A DNA stretch of 64,000 nt. Source: Eledone cirrhosa. Its lineage: Eukaryota. Within the stretch, counting starts at the first letter, position 1. Each line of letters begins with the position of its first letter. A program made the translations under genes and the position numbers. Below are positions 11,382 to 21,622 of this stretch, one piece after another. A model generated the notes under the pieces. The model saw nothing but the letters and a program-made list of their open reading frames with translations. It had not been told where the DNA came from and ran no database searches. The stretch spans positions 237,026,001 to 237,090,000 of the forward strand of contig OZ024740.1 of the NCBI GenBank assembly GCA_964016885.1, written 5' to 3'.

Positions 11382-11645
11382 GGAGGAGCATGGCCTAGTG
11401 GTATATTGGACTTACGATCATAATATCGTGGGTTCAATTCATGGAGTGGATTGTGTGTTGTGTTCTTGAGCAAAACACTTCATTTCACATTGCTCCTGTA
11501 TACTCAGCTGAAAATGAATATCAGCAGTAGTTGGGGGCTTAACCTTGCAATGGATTGCCATCATGTCAAGGAGGGGGGGGGGGGGGGTCATACTCTCAGT
11601 TGCTTAACACCACAGAGACCGAGATAAGCACCAGCCTGATGAGAA
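11382..11645 (+). mobile_element. Older CORE-SINE with a tail different from family B
   Basis: TGGCCTAGTGG A box, GGTTCAATTC B box and CORE-like TTCTTGAGCAAAACACTTCATTTCACATTGCTCC. The 3' half does not match family B. Confidence 0.65.
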
Positions 11646-12401
11646 TGGTGTCAACTAAGACTCTCATCGAAGAGAAAGAATAATAGCTACCAGTGTAGAA
11701 TTCCGGTACTAAATATATATGTTATGATGAATATCATCAGATACACATGATGGTAAGAGTGGTAAATGTCTCGTGGAGGAGACAGAATTATGGTTGATGG
11801 TAAAAGGTGATTGCACTGAATATGGACAGATGTGCTGCCATTCCTCAGTATACAGATATCATGATGGGAGTTAAGTATAATAGTAGAGGAATAATGGTGA
11901 AAAAAATGAAAAATGATAATCTAATCTAATCTGGCCGAGTTTTACACTCGCAAATAAGGGCAGTGAAAATGGCAATAAGCAAGCAACAATGGAAGGATAG
12001 AACACAGATAGATAAAATGCTCTACCGTGTTATTCAGTTTGCAGAATAGTGGTTAGGACACACACACACAAACTAAATGCCGTTGATCAGAACCTGATAA
12101 ATTGTGTGTTAATTTAAAGTTGATCTTTAAATTCTTTATATAACAATAGAGTGGAAATAGATGCAATAAATACAAGGAAAGAAATTTTATTAAAACTCTA
12201 AGTTGACATTCAGAACATTGTGAGCTAATTATTCTACAAAATATCAGTTTTCTGCATCATAAGATTAATTCATAATTGGAAAACATTCTTATTTTATATA
12301 AAGAAATTAGTTATTTTAACCAATTTAAACTGAAACAAAAACAATGTCAAACACGAAATTCACAAATTTCAATAAAGAAATGCCAGATATTCTAAAATAA
12401 T

Positions 12402-12422
12402 TGTTTCTACTTTTGGCACAAG
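12402..12422 (-). mobile_element. SINE A tail remnant with 20-bp TSD
   Basis: GCCAGATATTCTAAAATAAT occurs on both sides of TGTTTCTACTTTTGGCACAAG. Confidence 0.75.
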
Positions 12423-12553
12423 GCCAGATATTCTAAAATAATAATAATTTGAAACACAAGCAAAGAGGGTGAAAATAATGAATATTAACTTTTCCAATAA
12501 TAAAATGTAGTTTGCTTGAAGCTTTGTATATCATCTATAATGATATATAAAGG

Positions 12554-13133
12554 GAAAGAGATACAAGGCTAAACAATGCAAAATGGACTGTCAGATGAAG
12601 GTAACAAAAATTTAAATTAACTGGTAATATTTGTTTTGATTTTTTGTTGTTGTTGTTTCCTTCGTTCTAATATTTTGGGACTTAAAATTCACTTCTTCAG
12701 AGTTTAATGAACTCTCAGAGAAACCCACAAATAAATAATAGGTTAGAACTCAACACACAATACTTAACATAAAAAGACTCACACACACGCAACCTAAACA
12801 ACATCTCATTCAAAAAGAAAATTGATTCCATGAAATACTACATTGGCAATTGATGTCATTCTCGTGAATAGCGAAATAACCATCAAACAACACCTGAATA
12901 TGATTTAAGAAATTTAAATCTAAATTTAATTCCAAAGAGAAGAAACCGGAAAATTATTCTCTGAAAGTTCCTTAAACTCTGAAGAAGGGAATTTTACATC
13001 CTGAAGTATTAAGACATAAGAAACAACAGCAACAAAAAAAAACAAAAAATAAATAAAAGATTACCAGGAAACTTACTTTTTCGTTACCTCATCTTACAGT
13101 CCATTTTGCATTGTTAGCCTTGTATCTCTTTTC
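12554..13133. repeat. Long diverged inverted repeat (arms 12554-12722 and 12957-13133), each arm with a degenerate hammerhead core
   Basis: The arms are reverse complements over about 170 bp. CTGAAGA-stem-GAAG lies at 12979-13006 and its counterpart is on the minus strand at 12668-12700. Confidence 0.75.
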
Positions 13134-13224
13134 ACATTAACTTTTCAATATTTTCTACAGAACCTCCCATCAACCACTTCCTTTGTGTGCCAGTTGTCAC
13201 ATTTACACTTTATATATAAATATA

Positions 13225-13537
13225 TATAAACTGTAAAGTGGTCATAATGGTGAGACAACAAAAAGTGCCTAACCGACACTGTAAAGTGGTCGTGATAGCA
13301 AAACGGCAAAAAGTACCCAGTCCACATTGTAAAGTGGACATGTAGGTGTCACGATAAAAAGCACCCAGCACACATTGTAAATGTAGTTAGTGTTAGGAAG
13401 GGCATCCAACCATAGAAACCTAGCCAGAAACAGTTCTGTGTGAGCAAGACGCGGTCACCTGACTCAACTTGCCTCAAATAGGACAACCCGTCTATCCCAT
13501 ACTAACATGGAAATATGGACGTTAAACGATGATGATA
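13225..13537 (+). mobile_element. Headless RTE-derived non-autonomous element (bipartite module with (ATG)n tail)
   Basis: Repeated CTGTAAAGTGG..AAAAAGCACCCAG units, then TTAGGAAGGGCATCCA, then GGACGTTAAACGATGATG. Related copies at about 5610, 17469, 22738, 28045, 32050, 34180, 36078, 39563, 42920, 47050, 49560, 61660 and 63843. Confidence 0.8.
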
Positions 13538-13616
13538 AATATATATATGAATATATTGTTATGAGGACTTCGTATAAGATAAGTTTCTATATTTATGTCG
13601 CCAAACTTTTTCGGTT

Positions 13617-13689
13617 GTATGTATATATATGTATATATATATATATATATATTTATATATGTATGAGATTTGTATATGTATATGAGATT

Positions 13690-13725
<36 letters not shown>

Positions 13726-13826
13726 AGATTTGTATATGTATATGAGATTTGTGTGTATATATATATATATATATATGTATGAGATTTGTATATGTGTATG
13801 AGATTTGTATATGTATATGAGATTTG

Positions 13827-13859
<33 letters not shown>

Positions 13860-13930
13860 ATGAGATTTGTATATATATAAATATATATATATACGTATAT
13901 ATATATATATATGTATGAGATTTGTATGTG
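13617..13930 (+). repeat. Compound minisatellite TATGAGATTTGTATATG interleaved with (TA)n
   Basis: About nine TATGAGATTTGT units separated by variable TA tracts. Confidence 0.9.
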
Positions 13931-13974
13931 ATATAAACTGTGTTGAATGTGTTTGCATATAAATATGTATGTAT

Positions 13975-16373
13975 ACGCCATTTTCGTTCTCACCTGACAT
14001 GCCTGACGCTGTATGCTAACCACTCCCCCGTGAATATATCATAGAACAGACGAGGGGCGGACAGAGGCTCCGTATGCCGTAGTGTAGGCAACCCGTCTAG
14101 GAGAGCTACCTCTCCAAATAAATTGGTGTAGGTCCAGTAAGACAACTTCCCTAGTGCTGGTGGCACCCAGTCCATGCTGTAAAATGCGGGTGGGTGGATA
14201 GGGCCCCCGAGTCCAGTAGGACAACTTCTCTAGTGCTGGTGGCACGAATAAAAGCACCTAGTCCATGCTGTAAAATGGAGGGTGAGAGAGGGCCCCTGAG
14301 TCCAGTAAGACAACCTCTCTATAGGAAGGGCATCCAACCAGTATATATACTACTGCCAAAAACTATGAGCACAACAAATGAGAAATGCAACAACTGTGTC
14401 AACAGCAATAACACTAACCATGTTAGGGCTGCACACAGTAGTGGGGTGGCTGGTGTGGCCATGTGCTAGAACCCCCCCAACCATCATCAAGCAATCGCAC
14501 AACAACAACTGCGTAAACAGCAATAACACTAACCATGTTAGGGTTGCGCATGGTAGTGGGGTGGCTAGTGTGCCCATGTGTGAGAACCCCCCCGACTGTT
14601 ATCAAGCAATCGCACAACAGGAAAATGAACAAGAATATGAAGACATCGCATCTCAGAGTTGTCACATTTAATGTTGCCACTCTAGCAGGTAGATATGGTG
14701 AGATAGTGGAGATGCTGGAGAGAAAGCATGTGGATGTGTGCTGCGTGCAAGAGGTGTGATGGAGAGGTGCCTCTGCAAGACTAATCACAGGCAAACATCT
14801 TAGTTATAAGCTTTTCTGAGTGGGTAATGATGATGGGTTACGTGGAGTAGGCATTTTACTGGCTGAGAGATGGATCAATAAAACAATAGAGATAGTTAGA
14901 GTTAGTAATAGAATAATTAAGCTTAGATTAGTTGTAGGCAAGAGACTACTGACGATCATCTCTGCCTATGCTCCCCAGGCGGGTCGAGGTAAAGAAGAGA
15001 AAGACTGCTTTTATGAGTAAATTTTACAAACAGACTCAATGACAGAGGATGGAGACATTGTTATGCTAGCATGGGACTTCCGTGGTCATGTTGGACAGCT
15101 CCAGGATGGATACATTGGGGTATATGGTGGGCACGGTTACGGCTCAAGAAATGAAGGAGTGAGGCTTCTTGAATTTTGTGATGCAAGAACACTAACCATT
15201 TGCAACACTAACTTCCAGAAACCTGCCAACCACCTAATGACCTACAAATCAGGCAAGCATATAAGCCATATTGACTTCTTGCTAGTTAGGCAGTGAGACA
15301 GACAGATGGTGTCAAATACTAAGGCATACCCCGGCGAAAAATGTACCCCACAGGATAGGTTAGTCGTTAGTGACATCTCAGTAAGCAAGAGACAGAATAA
15401 AACATACAGGAAGGTGTGGAAAAGAAAGGTCTGGAAGCTAAAAGACCTTTTACTAAAATATAAATTTAGCAAAGCCCTTCAAGATGTGTCTGACGAAAAA
15501 GAAGATGATTTAGAGTCGAATGACATAGATGATAACTGGAATTTCTTACATGACAATTTACTGCAGGCTACTGAAGAAACTTGTGGCTGGAGCAGAGCTC
15601 CAACCAGACAGAGTGACCTGGTGGTGGAGCAGCATGGTAGATAGGGCCATTAGAGACAAAAGACTAGCATGGAACGCTTGGGAAAATGGTGGGAGTAGAG
15701 AAGGATACACAGCCGCTAAGAGAGAAGCTAAAAGTCAGGTGTTCTTAGGATGCAGGGAGGCTGAGAGTAGGAGGTTTGCCAATGGGAAGATCAGAGACGT
15801 GCAGTGTTCCGCATTGCAAGACAGTGTGTCAGTGCAAATCAGGATGTTGTTGGAGATAAGTGTGTCCAGAATAATGCTGGTGTACTTAGTGTCACGAATG
15901 ATCAGAAAAAGGAGGCCTGGAAATGTCATTATGAGAGACTGATGAATGTGGAGAACGAATGGAAGAGAGAGAAATTACCCCCAGTAGATCTGACAGAGGG
16001 ACCAGCTATTGAGATTGACGAATATAGGGTCCAATAGAGGCAATTAAGGAAATTAAAAATGGTAAGGCCTCTGGACCATCGGGGATAGTTGTTGAGATGC
16101 TGAAGGCATCAGGGGATGTAGGCACTAAACTGGTTGCACACATCATCAATCAAGCTATATATGATGGTGCCAAGAAATGCCAGTAGAAGGAAGACTCAGT
16201 AGAGGAAGACCACGAAAAACATGGACGGAGATGGTGAGAGCAGACCTCGGATTGCTGAAGCTCACGGAGGAGATGACAAAGGACCGTGACAAGTGGAGAG
16301 ATGCTGTGCTGAATAGGACCTGTCCCACCCTTGCAAGCAGGGAAAAGCGGATGTAAAATGGTGATGATGATGA
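13975..16373 (+). mobile_element. RTE LINE with 5' UTR, APE endonuclease, internal deletion of the RT core, and intact 3' tail
   Basis: VVTFNVATLAGR..VDVCCVQEV, GVGILL, ISAYAPQ.G, DFRGHVG, IDFLL and PQDRLVV motifs. The sequence jumps near 16165 from the pre-RT region to RGRPRKTW. It ends GTCCCACCCTTGCAAGCAGGG..(ATG)n. Confidence 0.9.
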
Positions 16374-16393
16374 ATATATGAATATATATATAC

Positions 16394-16556
16394 GTCTTCG
16401 GATGAAGAAGCATGGGGAGAAAGGCCGTCTCATTCATTGATACCCTGTTGAGAGATGCCAACATTGATATCATTGACGAACTGAGAAATGTCATGCTCGA
16501 CTGGGACGATTGAAGAAACCATGCTGAATCTTTGCGAGTGTAAACTCAGCCGAAGA
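16394..16556 (+). mobile_element. 3' tip of an RTE-like LINE of the type at 7794-8648, inside (TA)n
   Basis: KHG..RKAVSFIDTLLRDANIDIIDELRNVMLD parallels GRPRLTYVDALRTDTGL..MAAIMRD. It is flanked by (TA)n. Confidence 0.6.
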
Positions 16557-16579
16557 TATATATATATATATATACTTAC

Positions 16580-16707
16580 ATATATGTGTGTGTGTGAGTG
16601 TGTGTGAGTGTGTGTGAGTGTGTGTGTGTGTGAGTGTGTGTGAGTGTGTGTGAATGTGTGTGAATGTGTGTGAATGTGTGTGAATGTGTGTGAATGTGTG
16701 AATGTGT
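16580..16707 (+). repeat. (TG)n / TGTGTGTGAA compound repeat
   Basis: Seen directly. Confidence 0.9.
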
Positions 16708-17364
16708 ATTCCTGCATGTCTTCACACTGATACCACAATAGTGAGTGGTTTGTTTATGTCCCACAGTTCAGTGGTTTGACAAGTGAGGATTAATGTAACA
16801 AGTACCTTACTTAAAAGCATGTAAGGTTTGGTATTAGGTGTATTTTGTTTGAGCCATATAAGGTCATGTTATAAAAAAATTGTTCACAATTTTAAATGCA
16901 AATATCACAGGTATCTCGACATATGCAGACTATATAATAAGCTTGTGAGTGAGATAATTATTACAAGCAATTGTCTGTTAAATATGAGTAACAATGCAAT
17001 TAATATAACAAAAGTTATAAGCTTATTAACTTTTCAGGTTTTCAGTGACTAATTCATGCAAATATTTACACACACACAGAAATAACACCTTCTACACAAA
17101 TCACACTTAGTCACTTATATCAATTATCAGAACAACATCCCAGTAACAATTCTTGTATAAGGATATGACAGCCTCTCTAGTGTTTGGTGATCTACACAAT
17201 AAACGTACCCAGTACTGGTGTAATGTGGCTGGTGATCAAAAAGACATCCAGCATGTAACGAGGCATGGAAGGACATTGAGGCAACACCTTTTACAGAGCA
17301 CCAAAATGTTTGCTGCGTTTGGAGTTGCCCTGTTGGGGAATACACAGGAATTGGCAACAGCAGC

Positions 17365-17885
17365 AATACAAGACCAATATGCCTAAAAGACCATGTAGTG
17401 TATAAGTCAAATTGCACATGTGGCCCCAACTACATTGGTTCCACAAAACACCAACTTCATAACTAAATTATCATCATCATCATCATCATCGTTTAACGTC
17501 TATCTTCCACGCTAGCATGGGTTAGATGGGAATTGTCCCACTTGAGGCAAGATTGATCGGGTGACTGTGTCTCGCTCGTATAGGACTGTATCTGGCAGGT
17601 TTTCTACAGCTGGATGCCCTTCCAACACCTATGCCTTAAAATAATCAACATTTCGAGAGCAGTATTTCAATGCAAAGAAATATGTGGAGGAAGAATAACA
17701 ACAAAAATTCTTGTGGAGTTAAAAGATGCAGTTGACCTAAGAATAGCAGAGGTACATACCCTAAACCACTGGAATGACCCAGATAATGAAAACACCTTTA
17801 CACGTTCTCCGACAGGTAATAGATTTGCCAAGACAGGAATTAGATTAACATTGTCTGAAGAAGGATTATCAAATCTGTAAGCACT
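17365..17885 (+). mobile_element. Penelope-like element remnant (GIY-YIG endonuclease) interrupted by an RTE-tail element at 17469-17625
   Basis: CLKDHVVYKSNCTCGPNYIGSTKHQLH, then after the insert HL..SRAVFQ..C..KIL..DLRIAE. A degenerate hammerhead core CTGAAGA-GGAT..ATCT-GTAA lies at 17855-17880. Confidence 0.75.
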
Positions 17886-18050
17886 CACTATCAAGTGAAC
17901 AATACTAACCCAGCAACAAGGCTAGTAGACTGTAGCCATATAACTCTTCATGGTAATTATTCTAACAATTATACTAACACTAATTCTAATCCTAATTTTA
18001 GATCCTCATTGAGGAGACTGCACCACTGACATCAACCCACATATAACGGC

Positions 18051-18335
18051 ATGTGCACACTTTCTAATTGTCCCATCAACAACACAGAAGTGTGCAAGAG
18101 AGTGTATGTGGTCTACAAGGGCACATGTAAAAAATATAGCTCCTCATATATTGGAAATACTGTCCAGATGCTGCACATACAGATCAAAGTGCACATGACG
18201 ACGAGAGCTTCTTCTGTTAAAAAACATCTTGAGAGCCAAGACATTGATGTTACCATAGAGTTAATGGAAAGGAATATAAGCAATTTAAGAATCAAAGCAG
18301 TCATTATCATCAACCGGGGGAAAAAAAATTACTGA
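18051..18335 (+). pseudogene. Second Penelope GIY-YIG endonuclease remnant
   Basis: CPINN..VC..VYVVYKGTC..SSYIGNT..LH.QIK.H..SSVKKHL..NLRIK..II, the typical PLE endonuclease signature. Confidence 0.8.
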
Positions 18336-20008
18336 TAAATGATAGATTAGAAATGCATGAAGCAGACTGGTTACTATAACTTCACACATGCATATTTCTG
18401 ACATGTAGGCCACTTGAGGAAGAACATAATAATTGTGTTTTGTTCTGAACTGTTTCAGCTCCACATTTGAAATGAGGGTAATAGCCCAAAAATATGTTGA
18501 AATACACTGGGTAAAACATTACTATTTGCCCTTTATATTTTTCTACCACACTGTACTGCTTTTTGAAACTTACCAGTCTTTTATTACATATCTCACAATG
18601 CATTGTATTAACTATATATATGTATGTATGTATATATATACTGATCACACACAACAAAATATCTGCCACCAAAAGTAGTAATTACCACATTTCTAAAATA
18701 GGTCTCAGGCTAACTTTGCAAATCAGAGCTAGCAATTATGATTTACTTGAATTTTGAGGAAAAATAGTAATTTTCCATACTAATAGTATCCTAATCACAA
18801 CTAATATATTGTTTTATTGAAGAAAAATATTATAATACAGAGATGACAATGAATTCCAACCAAGAGAAACTAAATGATTTTTCAGAGTTCACATTTTTTT
18901 TCTTGGGTGCCAGGTAGTTTATGGAATTTACTTGTTAAAAACTTAAAAGAACATATCTTTTGTAAAAATGATTTATTTAAACCTTTCATTACTGTAGTTT
19001 TCATTAAATACACTCTATTCAATTAATTAATGAAAACTTTGAGGGATTTATTAAAATTATTGATTATTTCATGACTAAGATAGTGACTTAATATATAGTT
19101 CTCCTATAAAAACATTTTTGACGATTTTAATTTAAATAGGAACATTTTAAAATGCTTGTTTTCTTTTTCATAGATCCAGGGTTGGTTTTGGGTGGGCTAT
19201 TATCAAAAATTTTAACTAGCAATACAATTGTCTTATTCATTTAAACTAGGAAATTGATCCAAAAGATACAACACTAGACAAATGTTTAAACTGGTTTCAC
19301 ATTGTCAATAATTTAAGATAACATAGATAGATGATAAATTCAGTTATGTAACAAGATTCTGTAGTTTTAGCAGAAATGGTTACAACTTTATTAGCATCTA
19401 TATAACTCAATCTCCTAGAAATAACGGCGAAATTTCTTAAACTGTACTGATATCAACAGTCTGAGAGCCTGTAAATGGTACTCCACTTTCTCCTGACAAA
19501 GCCCCTTGTCCCTACCCCAAAACATTACTGACTTTAAAAAGAATACATCAGACGACGTATACTATGTCTGAAAAATAGCATGGGTTAAAATATAAACTTT
19601 AATTCAAACCATGTAAATAAAAATATTTGGAAAATAGAAGAAAGATAAAATGTGGTGTTTTATCAGAAAGAAAAATTCCATTCCATTTAGACATTGTTTA
19701 TAAAGTATCTTTTTAATCATCTGCAGTGAGATTTAAAAAATACATTTAGCTTAACAAAAATAACAATACACACACTTTTCTTTTTGGAATATACTGGATA
19801 TTATGAATATATTTTCTATTTTTCATTAAAATTGACGACAAAGAATGAGTGCAATTTTAAATTAAGTTTCTTGTTTTGTTAATGTCCACCAATAAAAATG
19901 AAGAGAATTCACTAATTCAAATCAAATTATTATAGAATTATCATCTTTTTAATCACAAAGGAAATATGAATATTTAATAAGTTCTTTATATTGTCCACAT
20001 ATGCCATA

Positions 20009-21187
20009 GGCCTCAAAGTCAACATGACAAAGACTAAGGTCCTTATAAGTAGACGAGAAAACAGAACCCAGATCCCCTCAGGGAAATGGCCTTGCTCAGT
20101 ATGTAGGAAAGGTGTAGGTAGGAACTCCATTCTCTGCCCCAAATGCAAACAATGGGTACACAAGAAATGTAGCGGGATCTCAGGAAGCTTAATTAAGAAT
20201 GTAGGATTCACATGCAGCAGCTGCGCTGAAACAGCAAGCAAACAGCCACAGGAAACAAGTACCACCAATCTCTGGGAGGGCCCTGTAGAAATAGTAGACA
20301 GCTTCTGCTACCTAGGTGACCGAATTAGCAACGGAGGTGGGTGCTCAGAAAGTACAATAACTAGGGTAAGAACGGGATGGAAGAAGTTTAGGGAACTACT
20401 ACCACTGCTAGCTGCAAAAGGCTTCTCCCTCAGAATGAAAGGCAGACTGTATGATGCGTGTATCCGAACAGCGATGTTGCATGGTAGTGAGACCTGGGCG
20501 CTGAAGGTGGAAGACTTACGTAGATTAGAGAGAAACGAAGCCTGCATGCTCCGATGGATGTGTAACAGTAATATACGTGAACGACAAAGCATAAAGGAAT
20601 TGAGAGAGAGACTGAGCATAAGAGGAATCAAATGCTGCGTGCAGGAGAGGCGGTTACGCTGGTATGGACATGTGATGCGTATGAAGGATGACAGCTGCAT
20701 AAAAAGGTGCAGAGCACTAGAAGTTGATGGAAACCGCGGAGTGGGGAGACCCAAGATGACTTGGGATGAGGTGATAAAAGCCGACCTTACCCAACTACAC
20801 CTCTCAAAGTCAATGACACACGACCGTGACTTCTGGCGTCACGCAGTAATACAGGGTACCCGACCTCCCATGGGTACATGCTGAAGCATATAAACAATAT
20901 GCCCCCACTCCCCCCACCGCAAGGTGGTCGTGGAGGTGCCACGGCAAAAAAGCACCCAGCCCACACTGTAAAGTGGACGTGTAGGCGCCACGAAAAAGCA
21001 CCCAGCACTCACTGTAAATGAGGTTGGTGTTAGGAAGGGCGTCCAGCTGTAGAAATCAAGCCAGATCAGTTCCTGTATGAGCAAGGCATGGTCAGCCGAC
21101 CAGACACTGCCCACAACAGGACAACCCGTCTAACCCATGCTAGCGTGGAAGAACGGACGTAAAACGGTGATGATGATGATGATGATG
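20009..21187 (+). mobile_element. 5'-truncated young RTE LINE with PHD finger inside RT, long 3' UTR and TSD
   Basis: Open frame to 20884 with GLKVN..KT, PHD, FCYLG, GWKKFREL, LHGSETW, RRLRWYGHV and GRPK.TW. It has an (ATG)n tail. ATGCCATA is duplicated at 20001-20008 and 21188-21195. Confidence 0.9.
20093..20224 (+). other. C4HC3 PHD zinc finger encoded within the LINE ORF
   Basis: C-SV-C-x10-C-PK-C-KQWV-H-KK-C-x14-C-SS-C. Confidence 0.85.
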
Positions 21188-21500
21188 ATGCCATATGGTC
21201 TCAACATTTGAAAGCAATTTAATGTTAAATAATTCTACTTTATAAATGATGATTATACAACAGAAATGGGTGTTAACTTCTTGTTTATTGCTATACCTAA
21301 GTTTACTTCTTAAATACCAAAATAGATATTCTTTTTCATTAAAAAAAAACAACAAAAAACAGTACATATTTCAGTATAAATCAAGTATGTTTAGATTAAC
21401 AGAATGATGTAAGTCAAAGAAACCTATCAGAAGTTTGTAGTCATTCACAAGAAAAAAAGGTTTATTCATTTCAATAAATTGAGAATTAATTTGAAGAATA

Positions 21501-21622
21501 GGTGCAGACATGGCTGTATAGTTAAGAAGTTCATTTTGCAAGTGTCTTCTATTATAGCCTTGGGCTGACCAATGCCTTGTGAGTGAATTTGGCATGCAGA
21601 AACTGTAAAAATGTCTATCATA
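21501..21622 (+). mobile_element. Old tRNA/CORE-type SINE, family C, decayed
   Basis: CAAGTGTCTTCTATTATAGCCTTGGG..GCCTTGTGAGTGAATTTGG..AGAAACTG. Related copies at 46870-47020 (-), 57420-57535 (-) and 61330-61470 (+). Confidence 0.6.

Noticed and set aside
13507-14023. ORFs rich in YI/HT/CV repeats (also 16430, 28970, 32164, 54001, 59756)
   Set aside because: They are translations of microsatellites and minisatellites, not genes.
13975-14110. HDV-like ribozyme at the RTE 5' end
   Set aside because: Known for some RTEs, but I could not build the nested double pseudoknot by eye.
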